Part shown: positions 9,538-19,207 of the stretch, one piece after another
Numbering within the stretch: the first letter of the stretch is position 1
Layout: every line of letters begins with the position of its first letter
Source of the DNA: Phycisphaerales bacterium
Lineage (GTDB): Bacteria > Planctomycetota > Phycisphaerae > Phycisphaerales > UBA1924
Reading direction: 5' to 3'
Length of the DNA stretch: 64,000 nt
Assembly (NCBI GenBank): GCA_013360675.1
Contig: JABWBB010000008.1
Location: forward strand, 54,792 to 118,791
Made by a program: the position numbers and the translations under genes
The notes under the pieces: model-generated
What the model saw: the letters and a program-made list of their open reading frames with translations, nothing else
Database searches by the model: none
What the model was told of the DNA's origin: nothing

Positions 9538-10352
9538 CGCGGGCGTCCGTGCGGTTGGTCGGAGAGGCGCAGGGCCTGAGCAGCCTCATCCATGAGCGTG
9601 AGCCGCCCGCCGTAGGTCTTCTGCAGGTTGGATGACGTAAACACCTCGCGCACCGGGCCCGCGGCGATCTGTCGCTGATTGAGCAGCAGCACATGATCGA
9701 AGTAGGCCTGCACGCTTTGCAGGTCATGATGAACAACGATGACGGTCTTGCCGGCATTGCGCAGCGTGCGGAGCACCTCGACCATTGCCGCCTCGGTCGC
9801 GGCGTCGACCCCCGCGAAGGGCTCGTCCATGAGATAAAGCGTGGATTCCTGGGCCAGGGCTCGGGCCAGGAAGACACGCTGCTGTTGGCCCCCCGAGAGT
9901 TGCCCGATCTGGCGCGACGCGAATGACGTCATGCCCACCATGTCGAGGCATTCAGCGGCGATGCGTCGATCCTCGCGCCCCGGGCGACGAAGCCAGCCCA
10001 GGCGCCCGTACCGACCCATGAGGACGACGTCCGCGACGTTGACTGGAAAATCCCAGTCCACACTCTCTCGCTGGGGTACGTAGCCGATGAGGCGGCGGAC
10101 ATCTCGAACAGGTTTGCCAAAGACGCTGATGGAGCCGCTGGCGATGCGGACCAGGCCGAGGATCGACTTGAGGAGCGTGGACTTGCCCCCTCCGTTGGGT
10201 CCGACGATGGCGATAAGTTGGCCAGCAGGGAGCGAGGCGTCCACGTCCCACAACACGGGCTTGCGGTCGTACGCAACGCAGACATCGTGGAGTTCGATCG
10301 CGATGCGGGCGCCTACCGGTGTTGTTGCGGCGTCAACCATGGCGTGGCTCAT
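9534..10352 (-). CDS. Metal ABC transporter ATP-binding protein (TroB/MntB-like)
   Basis: Start MSHAMV at 10352 overlaps the stop of the binding-protein gene (ATGA). Walker [10 protein letters not shown], signature LSGGQQQRV, Walker B LYLMDEP. Confidence 0.9.
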   Translation of the reverse strand: MSHAMVDAATTPVGARIAIELHDVCVAYDRKPVLWDVDASLPAGQLIAIVGPNGGGKSTLLKSILGLVRIASGSISVFGKPVRDVRRLIGYVPQRESVDWDFPVNVADVVLMGRYGRLGWLRRPGREDRRIAAECLDMVGMTSFASRQIGQLSGGQQQRVFLARALAQESTLYLMDEPFAGVDAATEAAMVEVLRTLRNAGKTVIVVHHDLQSVQAYFDHVLLLNQRQIAAGPVREVFTSSNLQKTYGGRLTLMDEAAQALRLSDQPHGRPR

Positions 10353-11311
10353 CGCGGGGCGGGCTCCGGAGTGGTGGATGACGGCGGGGTATGCATGGGC
10401 GCAGAAGCGGCAGGCGCAAGCGCCTCGACGATCGTGCGTACGTTGTGGCGCACCATGCCCTCGTAGGTGCCCTCGGGCGTGCCGTCGGGGCCCATGGCGT
10501 CGGAGAAGAGTTCGCCACCGATCGTGAGCGTGTGCCCGCGCGACTTGCACCCCTCGATCAGGGCCTCGACAGCCTTGCGGGGGACGGAAGACTCGACGAA
10601 TACCGCACGGCAGCGACGCGATACAAGCGTGTCCACCAGGCGGTTGATCGACTGGATGCTCACCTCGCTGTCCGTGCTGATCCCCTGAAGGCCGATCACT
10701 TCCAGCCCATAGGCACGCCCGAAATAGCCAAAGGCGTCGTGCGCCGTCACGATCATTCGCGACTGCTCGGGGATTCGAGACAGTTCCGCGCGGGCCCAGG
10801 CATCGAGCGTCTTTAAACGGGCAACGACCCGGGCGCAGTTCGCCGTGAATTCATCCTTGCCCGCCGGGTCCCGCTCGATCAGCGCGTCGCGTGTGCGTTC
10901 GGCGACAAACACCCAGAGGGTGGGATCAAACCAGACGTGCGGGTCGTAGTGCCCCTCGAGCTCGGGCGGCTCTCTCAGAAGATTCTCGGGGATCGTCTCG
11001 GTCACCTGCACCGTGGGCTGGCGCCGGGCCAGGCGGATGAGCATGTCGGCCAGGCGCCCCTCGAGGTGGAGACCGTTGAAGAGGATCAGGTCGGCCTCCT
11101 GCAAGCGGCGCAGATCACCGGGCGAAGCCTTGTAGAGGTGGGGGTCCACGCCCTCACCCATCAGGGCGGTCACGTGTGTGCGCGGGCCGCCGACCTCGCG
11201 GGCGGTGTCGGCGATCATGCCGGTGGTGGCAACGACATTCAGGGGCTTGGCGGATGGGTCCTGTGGGGTCGCGCCCAGCAGGGTCAAGAACGTGATGATC
11301 AGGGCGAGCAT
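10349..11311 (-). CDS. Metal ABC transporter substrate-binding protein (TroA/ZnuA/MntA family)
   Basis: N-terminal signal [14 protein letters not shown]. Cluster A-1 SBP pattern ([18 protein letters not shown] ... VDPHLY ... DPHVWFDP ... TAHDAFGYF). Confidence 0.9.
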   Translation of the reverse strand: MLALIITFLTLLGATPQDPSAKPLNVVATTGMIADTAREVGGPRTHVTALMGEGVDPHLYKASPGDLRRLQEADLILFNGLHLEGRLADMLIRLARRQPTVQVTETIPENLLREPPELEGHYDPHVWFDPTLWVFVAERTRDALIERDPAGKDEFTANCARVVARLKTLDAWARAELSRIPEQSRMIVTAHDAFGYFGRAYGLEVIGLQGISTDSEVSIQSINRLVDTLVSRRCRAVFVESSVPRKAVEALIEGCKSRGHTLTIGGELFSDAMGPDGTPEGTYEGMVRHNVRTIVEALAPAASAPMHTPPSSTTPEPAPR

Positions 11312-11342
11312 GGCGTTCGTCTCCCAGAGGCGAGTACCGGAT

Positions 11343-11360
11343 ATGTAGCCGTTGCTACAT
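11343..11360. promoter_or_regulatory. Candidate MntR operator (7-4-7 inverted repeat) in the mnt/mntR divergent promoter region
   Basis: ATGTAGC-CGTT-GCTACAT is a perfect palindrome between the SBP start (11311) and the mntR start (11428). It resembles the E. coli MntR box half-site CATAGC-N4-GCTATG (recalled from memory). Confidence 0.45.
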
Positions 11361-11427
11361 GCTGGATATCGTACCCAAGAATGTTTCCATGGTCAACAAC
11401 CGGAACATCGGCTACACTGAGGGCGTC

Positions 11428-11889
11428 ATGCCTACACGAGCACGAGCCAAGGCGATACCGACACCGGGGCGTAGGGCGGGGGCTGATCCGGCCGCGGTTC
11501 ATGCGCGGACCCGCCAGGCCCACGCTGGCGAGATCGCCGAGGACTACGTCGAGCTCATCGCCGACCTCATCGACAACGAGGGCGAGGCCCGCGTGGTCGA
11601 CATCGCCCATCGCCTGGGTGTTTCGCACGTCACTGTTGTGAGAACGGTCGCCCGTCTGCAGCGCGACGGCCTGGTTACTACCCGGCCTTACCGCTCCATC
11701 TTCCTGACCGACGAGGGGCGGGCGATGGCGCAGCGCGCCCGGCGACGCCATGTTGTCGTGCTGGACCTTCTCCGTGCCCTGGGTGTGCCCGAAGCCGCAG
11801 CCCTGACCGACGCCGAGGGGATCGAACACCATGTCAGCAGCGCGACGCTCGCCGCGTTCGAGCGATTCCTGGCGCGCGAATCGCGCTGA
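11428..11889 (+). CDS. mntR: Manganese-responsive transcriptional regulator MntR (DtxR family)
   Basis: ATG 11428 with GAGGG upstream. Sequence IAEDYVELIADLIDNEGEARVVDIAHRLGVSHVTVVRTVARLQRDGLV ... RRHVVVLDLLRALGV ... DAEGIEHHVS closely follows E. coli-type MntR. Divergent from the mnt operon. Confidence 0.85.
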   Translation: MPTRARAKAIPTPGRRAGADPAAVHARTRQAHAGEIAEDYVELIADLIDNEGEARVVDIAHRLGVSHVTVVRTVARLQRDGLVTTRPYRSIFLTDEGRAMAQRARRRHVVVLDLLRALGVPEAAALTDAEGIEHHVSSATLAAFERFLARESR

Positions 11890-11913
11890 GCGCTGTCAAC
11901 GTCCGCTTCGCCG

Positions 11914-12993
11914 TCATCGCCGCGGGATCAGATGCACATTGGTCGCTTTGATAGAGGCGACGATCGGTTGCCCCGAGGCCAGGGCCAGCTCGCGGGCGGC
12001 GGCCCGTGTGACCAGCGCCGTCAAGGCGAACCCGCAGTCGATCCCAACCCGGACCAGGCTCGGTTCCTGAACCACGCCCGTGATTCGCCCATCAAGACGC
12101 GAGCGGGCGCTCATCGCGCCCGTGCCATCGGGCGAGAGGAGCACATCCGAGGCGTGGATGCAGACAAGCACCTCGATGCCGTCAAACTCGGGCGGGGCCA
12201 GCGCGACCAGGAGCGCCGAGCCCACTCGCACATGGGCGATGCCCTCCTCCACGCGTTCGATCCGCCCGGAGAGCACGCTCTCGACGCCGATCGCCGCGGC
12301 GCAGGCGTCATCCTGGGGGCGGCTGAAGACCTCGGCGATCGGGCCGACTTGGCGCACACTCCCGTCGATCATCAATGCCGCATGATCGGCCAGTTCGAGG
12401 GCCTCGGACTGATCGTGCGTGACGAGAATTGCCGGGATTCCTGCGCTGGCGAGCAGGCCCCTCAACTCGGCGCGCAGCGACGCCCGTGCGGGAGTATCAA
12501 GCGAGGCCAGGGGCTCGTCCATGAGCAAGAATGCAGGCGAGATTGCCAATGCGCGCGCGATCGCGACGCGCTGGCGCTGCCCTCCCGAGAGTTGCGATGG
12601 GCGTCGGTTGCCCAGCCCATCAAGCCCCAGTGTGATCAACAATCGTTTGACGATGACTGCCCGTGCCGCGGCTTGAGCCACGCCAAATCCGATGTTCTCC
12701 GCCACTGTCAGGTGCGGAAAGAGCGACTGCTCCTGCACGATGTAGCCGATGCGCCGGGCCTGGGGCGGCTGATTCACACGTGTTGCTCGGTCGAACCAGA
12801 CCTCGCCATTCATGCGGATCCGCCCTGACGCGGGCGTGTCGAGCCCGGCGATGCAGCGCAGGATGGTGGTCTTGCCCACGCCCGAGGGGCCGAACAGCGC
12901 GGTGACGGTGCCTCCGCCGGTGGGCAGGGTCATGCGGGCGCTGATGCTCGCGCCACCGCGGAACTGTCGCGTGATGTCGATTTCGAGGCTCAT
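11914..12993 (-). CDS. modC: Molybdate ABC transporter ATP-binding protein ModC with C-terminal TOBE/Mop domain
   Basis: Start MSLEIDITRQF at 12993 overlaps the modB stop (ATGA). Walker A GPSGVGKTT, signature LSGGQRQRVAIARAL, Walker B LLMDEP. C-terminal TOBE-like GRITGVV ... ASIKATNVHLI. Confidence 0.9.
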   Translation of the reverse strand: MSLEIDITRQFRGGASISARMTLPTGGGTVTALFGPSGVGKTTILRCIAGLDTPASGRIRMNGEVWFDRATRVNQPPQARRIGYIVQEQSLFPHLTVAENIGFGVAQAAARAVIVKRLLITLGLDGLGNRRPSQLSGGQRQRVAIARALAISPAFLLMDEPLASLDTPARASLRAELRGLLASAGIPAILVTHDQSEALELADHAALMIDGSVRQVGPIAEVFSRPQDDACAAAIGVESVLSGRIERVEEGIAHVRVGSALLVALAPPEFDGIEVLVCIHASDVLLSPDGTGAMSARSRLDGRITGVVQEPSLVRVGIDCGFALTALVTRAAARELALASGQPIVASIKATNVHLIPRR

Positions 12994-13652
12994 CGTGGGC
13001 TGGCCCTGGCGCGGAGCGCGTAGGTTGCCCCCAGCGCGCCGAAGGAAATGATCAGAAGCACGCCCGAGGTCCACGCGGCGGAGGTAAAGTCGAACGCCTG
13101 CACATCCTCGAAGATCGCGATCGACGCCGTCCGCGTGACGCCGGGGATGTTCCCGCCGATCATGAGAACCACGCCAAATTCGCCCATGGTGTGGGCGAAT
13201 GAGATCACCGCCCCGGCGACGATCCCCGTCAATGACAGCGGCACGACCACGCGGGCAAACGTGCGAAGCCGAGACTGCCCCAGCGACCACGAGGCCTCGA
13301 TCAGGCGGCGATCCACCCCGGCGAATGCCGCGGTAATGGGCTGCACCGCGAAGGGAAGGCTGTAGACGATCGACCCGATCACAAGCCCCCAGAACGAGAA
13401 GGCCAGGCGCAGCCCCACGCTGTCGTCGAGCAGGCGACCGATCGGGCTGCGCGGGCCCAGAGCCGCCAGCAGATAAAACCCCAGCACGGTCGGGGGCAGC
13501 ACGAGGGGCAACGCCACAAGGGTTTCAACCACGAACCGCAGTCGTGATCGCGTCGAGGCCAGCCACCACGCCAGCGGGATGCCCAGCACGAGCAAAAACA
13601 GGGTTGTGACGCCCGCGAGTTTCGCGCTCAGCCAGATCGCGCCCCACTCCAC
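12990..13652 (-). CDS. modB: Molybdate ABC transporter permease ModB
   Basis: GTG 13652 (VEWGAIWLSAKLAG...) is preceded by AAGGAG 8 nt upstream and lies 4 nt after the modA stop. Typical ModB/CysT body (LVLPPTVLGFYLL, EASWSLGQSRLRTFARVVVPL). The track fuses it to modA in ORF 12990..14429. Confidence 0.85.
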   Translation of the reverse strand: MEWGAIWLSAKLAGVTTLFLLVLGIPLAWWLASTRSRLRFVVETLVALPLVLPPTVLGFYLLAALGPRSPIGRLLDDSVGLRLAFSFWGLVIGSIVYSLPFAVQPITAAFAGVDRRLIEASWSLGQSRLRTFARVVVPLSLTGIVAGAVISFAHTMGEFGVVLMIGGNIPGVTRTASIAIFEDVQAFDFTSAAWTSGVLLIISFGALGATYALRARASPR

Positions 13653-13656
13653 GCGG

Positions 13657-14429
13657 TTACTCCTTCCCCAGCCCGTGTCGATCCAGGATGGCCTGGCCTT
13701 CGGGCGAATGCATGAACGCGAGGAATTCCATGGCGAGTTCAACCCGCGTGCTGTGTGCGACGACTCCGCCCGCGTGCAGGATCGGCGGATAAGCATCGTC
13801 GTCGAGCGGCCACCCAGGTTCAGCACGAGCGAACGCGGAATGAACGCGAGATCCGCCGCCCCCGTCAGGGCGAACTGGGCGGCTTGCTCGGCATTATCGG
13901 CGATGGCGACCTTGGTGCCGATGGCATCGAACAACCCCGCCTGCTCCAGAAACGATTCGGCGGCACGCCCATAGGGGGCCAGGCGCGGGCTGGCGATCGC
14001 GATGTTCCGCACACGCGGATCACGGATTGCCATGAGCGGATCATCAATCGCAGCCTGTGGAGACTCGGCCCGCGTCCACAGGGCCAGACGACCACGCGCG
14101 TACACGCGGACACTCTCGCGGTCCAGCGCACCGGCTTGGACGAGCCGCTGGGGAGTATCTTCGTCCGCGGCGAGGAACACGTCAAAGGGTGCCCCCTCGC
14201 GGATCTTCACGCCCAGGCTGCCCGAAGCGCCCGCGGCGATCTCAACCCGCACACCGGGGTTTTTGCGGGAAAACTCGAGTGAAATCTCCTCCGCTGCCGT
14301 CTTGACTGAGGAGGCCACAGCCACCCGCAGCGTGGGCTCGCCATCGCCCGACCCGTGCGTGCACCCCATCAACGCAACGAGCAGCCAAACGCAGGCCGCG
14401 AAGATGATCCAAGGAGTATGGCAACGCAT
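13657..14429 (-). pseudogene. modA: Molybdate-binding protein ModA with an apparent 1-nt frameshift (or sequencing error)
   Basis: Lipoprotein signal MRCHTPWIIFAACVWLLVALMGC and the ModA N-terminal two thirds lie in one frame. The conserved C-terminus (PGWPLDDDAYPPILHAGGVVAHSTRVELAMEFLAFMHSPEGQAILDRHGLGKE, TAA at 13657..13659) lies in another frame. The frames switch near 13810..13825, and the 773-nt span is not a multiple of 3. Confidence 0.75.
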
Positions 14430-14519
14430 GGCGATGAGAGTGTACGGCCCTGCTCGCTTGGGGCGAATCTGGAAGGATCCCCGGGCGTGGGTCGTACGAT
14501 TCGGTTATTCTTCAGCCTC

Positions 14520-15545
14520 ATGATTCGTGCGGGCATTCTCGGCTTTGGCTTCATGGGACGAACGCACCTGGCCGCGTATCGCGACGCGGCGGAGGCCGGG
14601 CTTCCCGTGCGCATCACCCGGGTCTGTGATCCGTCATTCGCGCAGACCAATGCTCAAGCACAGCCACAAGCCGCTGGCGGCAACCTGCCCAGCGCGGGCG
14701 CTACCGGCCTTGCGGGCGTTTCGACGATGACCGATCCCGAGGCGATGATCAACGATCCCGATCTGGATGTGCTGTCGATCTGCACGTACACCGACACGCA
14801 TGTGGATTATGCGATCAAGGCGCTGCGCGCGGGCAAGCATGTGCTTGTCGAGAAGCCGCTGGCGCTCAAGGCAAGCCGCGTGGAGGAACTGGCTCAGGCC
14901 GCGGCCGGGTCTTCACGCTTGTGCATGCCGGCGATGTGCATGCGTTTCTGGCCGGGGTGGGACTGGCTTCAACTGGCGATCGTGACCAGGGCCTACGGCG
15001 AGGTGCGGAGCGCGGTCTTTCAGCGCGTCGGTGCGGGTCCGTCGTGGGCCAGCGATTTCTATCGCGACCCCGCCCGCTCGGGGGGCGCACTCGTGGATCT
15101 GCACATCCACGATGTTGATTTCATCACATGGTGCTTCGGCACGCCCACGAGTGTCGCCAGCACCGGCAGTGTCGATCATGTCACCACCGCGTACCGCTTT
15201 GCCTCGGGGCCTCGCCATGTCACGGCCGAAGGCGGCTGGTCGGTGCAGGCAACGGCCGGGTTCCGCATGCGTTATTGCGTCTGTTTCGACAAGGCCACGG
15301 CAGACTTTGACATCTCGCGCCCCGCGCCGCTGCTGCTGCATGAGGCTGGCGGTACGACACCCGTGAAACTGGGCAAAGGCAGCGGATATACAGGAGAGAT
15401 AGCGCACTTCATCGGTGCCATCGCTTCTGGGCGAGGACCGCTGCGGGCGACCCTTTCCGAGGCGGTTGTGGTAGCGAGAATCCTCGAGGCCGAGCAGGAA
15501 AGCCTCCGTCGCGCCGCGCCGATCACGATACCTGCGAAGGCTTGA
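14520..15545 (+). CDS. Gfo/Idh/MocA family oxidoreductase
   Basis: Start MIRAGILGFGFMGRTHLAAY (Rossmann GxGxxG). Also has the EKPLA motif (HVLVEKPLAL). The track ORF 14355..15545 is over-extended. Confidence 0.85.
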   Translation: MIRAGILGFGFMGRTHLAAYRDAAEAGLPVRITRVCDPSFAQTNAQAQPQAAGGNLPSAGATGLAGVSTMTDPEAMINDPDLDVLSICTYTDTHVDYAIKALRAGKHVLVEKPLALKASRVEELAQAAAGSSRLCMPAMCMRFWPGWDWLQLAIVTRAYGEVRSAVFQRVGAGPSWASDFYRDPARSGGALVDLHIHDVDFITWCFGTPTSVASTGSVDHVTTAYRFASGPRHVTAEGGWSVQATAGFRMRYCVCFDKATADFDISRPAPLLLHEAGGTTPVKLGKGSGYTGEIAHFIGAIASGRGPLRATLSEAVVVARILEAEQESLRRAAPITIPAKA

Positions 15546-15581
15546 TCCGGGCCGCCTGCCGCGCCGCCGTACACTGTGCGC

Positions 15582-16988
15582 ATGAAGATCTCGTTCTACG
15601 GGGCGGCGGGCGAAGTAACGGGGTCGTGTTACTACGTCGAAACGTCACGGGCCCGTGTGCTGGTCGACTTTGGTCTGCACCAGGGCACGCGAGAGCAGCG
15701 CCAGCGCAACCGCGTGCTGCCGCCGGTTCCGTTCGATCGCCTCGATGCCGTGGTGTTGACCCACGCCCATATCGATCACTCGGGGCGGCTGCCTCTGCTC
15801 AAGCGACAGGGCTACACGCGGCAGATCTACTGCACGCCCGCGACACGCGACCTGGTGGAATTGTTGCTGCGCGATTCAGCGGAACTTCAGCAGGCCGACG
15901 CCAAGCGCATGACCAAGCGCAACGAGCGCCGCGGCAAGCCCGCCGTCAGGCCTCTTTACAGCGTGGAGGACGCGATCGCGATCCTCGATCAGCTCTCGAC
16001 GCTCCGCTATGACACCCCCGCCGAAGTGGCCCCCGGTGTGAGCATCCGCTTTGTCGATGCGGGGCACATCCTCGGCTCGGCGTCGATCGAGATGACAGTT
16101 GTTGATGGAGGCGTGAAGCGGGTGATTGTCTTCTCGGGTGACATCGGGCAGAACGGCATGCCGCTGCTCCGCGATCCGACTCCGCTCGCCAAGGCCGATC
16201 TCGTCCTGATGGAATCGACGTATGGCGACCGCGACCATCGCCCCCTCGAGCAGACGATCGAAGAAGCCGCGGGGATCATGCGCGAGGCCGTGTGGAACAA
16301 GGAAAAAGTCCTGATCCCCTCCTTCGCGGTAGGGCGCAGCCAGTTGATCCTTTACTACCTGAACAAACTGGCGCGGTCGGGCAGGGTCCCCGAGTTCCCT
16401 GTCTTTCTCGACAGCCCCATGGCCATCGACGCGCTGAAACTCTACCGCAAGTATCTGCACGTGCTCGACGCCGAGACGCGCGAGCAGACCCGCAACGGCG
16501 AGTACCCGCTCGATGTGCCCAATCTCACCTGCACGGTGACGCCCGATGAATCGCGCAAGATCAACGACATGCATTGCTGCGCGGTGGTGATCGCGGGCTC
16601 GGGCATGTGCACGGGCGGCCGAATCATCCATCACCTCCGCCACAACATCTGGCGGCGCAATGTCACCGTGCTCATCGTGGGCTATCAGGCCCATGGCACG
16701 CTGGGGCGGCAGCTCGTTGAGGGGGCCAAGTTCGTCCGCATCTTCGGCGAACGCGTCATCGTCCGCGCCACCGTGCGCACGCTCGGCGGGCTTTCGGCGC
16801 ACGCGGGTCAGTCCGAACTCCTCGCCTGGGCGGGGAACTACGAGAAAAACGCTGCGGGTCAACGACCCCGCTTCGTGCTGACGCACGGTGAGCCCGGCGC
16901 ACGGGCCGCCCTCCAGGCCAAACTTAAGGCCACCCTCGCCATCGATGCCGAACTTCCCGAGTGGGGGGGCTCGATCACGCTCAACTAA
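15582..16988 (+). CDS. MBL-fold beta-CASP family hydrolase (RNase J/CPSF-like RNA-metabolising enzyme)
   Basis: MKISFYGAAGEVTGSCYYVE ... VLTHAHIDHSGRLP (HxHxDH). beta-CASP-like middle region and C-terminal LSAHAGQSELL motif. The track start at 15576 is a GTG two codons upstream. Confidence 0.85.
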   Translation: MKISFYGAAGEVTGSCYYVETSRARVLVDFGLHQGTREQRQRNRVLPPVPFDRLDAVVLTHAHIDHSGRLPLLKRQGYTRQIYCTPATRDLVELLLRDSAELQQADAKRMTKRNERRGKPAVRPLYSVEDAIAILDQLSTLRYDTPAEVAPGVSIRFVDAGHILGSASIEMTVVDGGVKRVIVFSGDIGQNGMPLLRDPTPLAKADLVLMESTYGDRDHRPLEQTIEEAAGIMREAVWNKEKVLIPSFAVGRSQLILYYLNKLARSGRVPEFPVFLDSPMAIDALKLYRKYLHVLDAETREQTRNGEYPLDVPNLTCTVTPDESRKINDMHCCAVVIAGSGMCTGGRIIHHLRHNIWRRNVTVLIVGYQAHGTLGRQLVEGAKFVRIFGERVIVRATVRTLGGLSAHAGQSELLAWAGNYEKNAAGQRPRFVLTHGEPGARAALQAKLKATLAIDAELPEWGGSITLN

Positions 16989-17041
16989 GCCCCAGGCAAC
17001 AGTCGAAGGCATCCTCGCTTCGTAATGGGTATCGTTCGACG

Positions 17042-18049
17042 ATGCTGATCCTTCGCATGCTCCTAGGGCTCTTGATGCTCTTCCAGTTCGCCTGCGCGTC
17101 ACGCGTGGGCGAACGCCTGCCCCGACGCGGCGACGAGATCGTCATCGCCGGCCAGTACTTCCACACCGGAACCCCCATCGTCCTCTGGACCGACCCGGGC
17201 GGCTACGACGCCTACCGCGTCGAACGCCGCTTCGCCCCCATCGACCAGGCCTCGTGGGAGGCCTCGAAAGAGAAAATCGCCACTCCGAACCGTTACGGCA
17301 CGCGGCGTGTGTCTCTCTCCCCCGAGGCCGCCGAACTCGTCCGTGGCGGGGGATGGGAACTCGATCTACTCCGTCAGCATGTCGATCAGTTCGTGATCCA
17401 CTACGACGTCTGCGGCACCAGCCGCACATGCTTCCAGGTTCTCCACGACCAACGCTGCCTTTCAGTGCATTTCATGCTCGACATCGATGGCACGATCTAC
17501 CAGACGCTCGACGTCAAGGAGCGGGCCTGGCACGCGGGCATCGCCAACGACCGTTCGGTCGGCATCGAGATCGCCAACATCGGGGCCTATCCCCCCGGCA
17601 AGCCATCACCTCTGGATTCCTGGTACGCCACCGATGCTGCTGGGCCTTATGTGACGCTCCCCTCGCGTCTGGGCGACGGGGGTGTGCGCACGAAGGGGTA
17701 CATCGCCAGGCCCGTGCGCCCACACCGCATCGCTGGCGCGATCCATGGCGTGACGTACGAGATGTACGACCTGACCCCGCAGCAGTACGAGAGCCTCGCC
17801 CGCCTTACCGCGACCCTCTGCCGCGTGCTGCCCAACCTTGCCTGTGATTACCCCCGCGACGCACAAGGCGATCTCGTCGCCCGCGCCATGACGCCCGATG
17901 AACTCGCCGCCCATCGCGGGCTGCTGGGGCACTTCCATATCACCAAAGGGAAGATCGATCCCGGCCCCGCTTTCGACTGGGACAAGGTCGTGCGCCGGGC
18001 ACGGGCACTGGGGGCGCCGCGCTCGATCAGCCCGCGGCTCGCGCCTTAG
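17042..18049 (+). CDS. N-acetylmuramoyl-L-alanine amidase (Amidase_2/PGRP-type), lipoprotein
   Basis: ATG 17042. Signal MLILRMLLGLLMLFQFAC. Motifs FVIHYDV, WHAGIANDRSVGIEIANIG, GHFHITKGKIDPGPAFDW. Confidence 0.8.
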   Translation: MLILRMLLGLLMLFQFACASRVGERLPRRGDEIVIAGQYFHTGTPIVLWTDPGGYDAYRVERRFAPIDQASWEASKEKIATPNRYGTRRVSLSPEAAELVRGGGWELDLLRQHVDQFVIHYDVCGTSRTCFQVLHDQRCLSVHFMLDIDGTIYQTLDVKERAWHAGIANDRSVGIEIANIGAYPPGKPSPLDSWYATDAAGPYVTLPSRLGDGGVRTKGYIARPVRPHRIAGAIHGVTYEMYDLTPQQYESLARLTATLCRVLPNLACDYPRDAQGDLVARAMTPDELAAHRGLLGHFHITKGKIDPGPAFDWDKVVRRARALGAPRSISPRLAP

Positions 18050-19160
18050 CCTCGACCCCGGAGAGCGCCGCATCGAGCGCGGCGCCCAGGCGGTCGATCT
18101 GCGCGGGCGTGTGCGCCGCGTTCACCACCACCCTGAAATACCGCGGGCAAGGCCCGCCCGGATAGTCGATCAGAGGGGCCAGAATGCCCGCCTTGAGCAC
18201 GCCCGCGGCTAGGTGCTCCATCTGCTCGTCCTTGTCCAACGCGAAGGTAAAGATCGGGATGCCCGGCGCCGGCTGCGGCAGTCCAAGTCGGCCGAAGACC
18301 TCGCGCAGATGCGCCGCGTTCGTGCGCAGTTTCATGACCATCGAGTCGCTTTCGCGCAGCAGCCCCAAGGCGGCCCGCGCCCCCTCGGCAATAGGGGGCG
18401 GCACGGGCGTCGAACTCCGGTAGACCCAGGCCCGTTCGCGCACCTTGCGCACAAACTCGCCCCGCCCCGCGACGGTCCCGCCGTAGCACCCCAGCCCTTT
18501 GGCCAGCGTGGTGGTGATGACCACACGGGGGTCGTCGATCCCCGCGCCGACCACCGACCCGCGTCCGTGCGGCCCCAGCACACAGAACCCGTGGCAATCA
18601 TCCACAAGCAGCGTCGAGCGGTGCGATGGCAGGGCCTTGAGCAGTTCGGCCAGCGGTGCGATCCCGCCGTCCGCCGCGAAAACGCTGTCGGTCAGAACGA
18701 CCACCCCCGCCTGGGCGTGACGTGCGGCGAGCCAGCGGGCCGAATCGGCGTTGAGGTGCTCAAAGTCGAAGACCTGCATCCCGGCGGCGGAGGCGGCGTT
18801 GCGGATGCTCCGATGGGCTCGGGCGTCGACCAGCGCGATACCCCGCTCGGGGGCGAGGGCTTGGCAGGCCATGAAGTTGGCGGTGTATCCCTCCGCCGAA
18901 AGGATCGCGCTCTCCTGCCCAAGGAACGCCGCCAGTTCGGCCTCGAGCGCCTCGTGCGTCAGCGTGTTGCCGGTGGTCTCGCGCGATGCGGTCGTCGTGA
19001 CGCCCAGGCGGCACAGCCCAGCGCTGATGGCGGCGTGCACCCGCGGTTCGTGCGCCAGCCCGAGGTAGTTGCACCCCCCAAAGGCGAGAAGTTCACGACC
19101 CTCGACGATCGCGGTGGTGGGGGTCGGCCAAGACTCAACAGGGATTCGCGGCATGTCCAT
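18027..19160 (-). CDS. Class-II PLP-dependent acyl-CoA:amino acid C-acyltransferase (AONS/Kbl family)
   Basis: Motifs FGGCNYLGLAHEP, VDDCHGFCVLGPHGRG, and a PLP-lysine context TTTLAKGLGCYGG. The start is uncertain: ATG 19160 or 19154, or GTG 19193. The 3' end overlaps the convergent amidase gene by 23 nt. Confidence 0.8.
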   Translation of the reverse strand: MDMPRIPVESWPTPTTAIVEGRELLAFGGCNYLGLAHEPRVHAAISAGLCRLGVTTTASRETTGNTLTHEALEAELAAFLGQESAILSAEGYTANFMACQALAPERGIALVDARAHRSIRNAASAAGMQVFDFEHLNADSARWLAARHAQAGVVVLTDSVFAADGGIAPLAELLKALPSHRSTLLVDDCHGFCVLGPHGRGSVVGAGIDDPRVVITTTLAKGLGCYGGTVAGRGEFVRKVRERAWVYRSSTPVPPPIAEGARAALGLLRESDSMVMKLRTNAAHLREVFGRLGLPQPAPGIPIFTFALDKDEQMEHLAAGVLKAGILAPLIDYPGGPCPRYFRVVVNAAHTPAQIDRLGAALDAALSGVEAKARAAG

Positions 19161-19207
19161 TCTCGATCGGCAGGAAACCTTCCCCGCCAACACTGTTCAC
19201 GCACGCT

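Noticed and set aside
12990-14429. 479-aa ORF that looks like a natural ModA-ModB fusion protein
   Set aside because: The middle ~60 residues are out-of-frame junk. The genuine ModA C-terminus with its own stop is in another frame, and modB has its own SD and GTG. See the modA frameshift finding.
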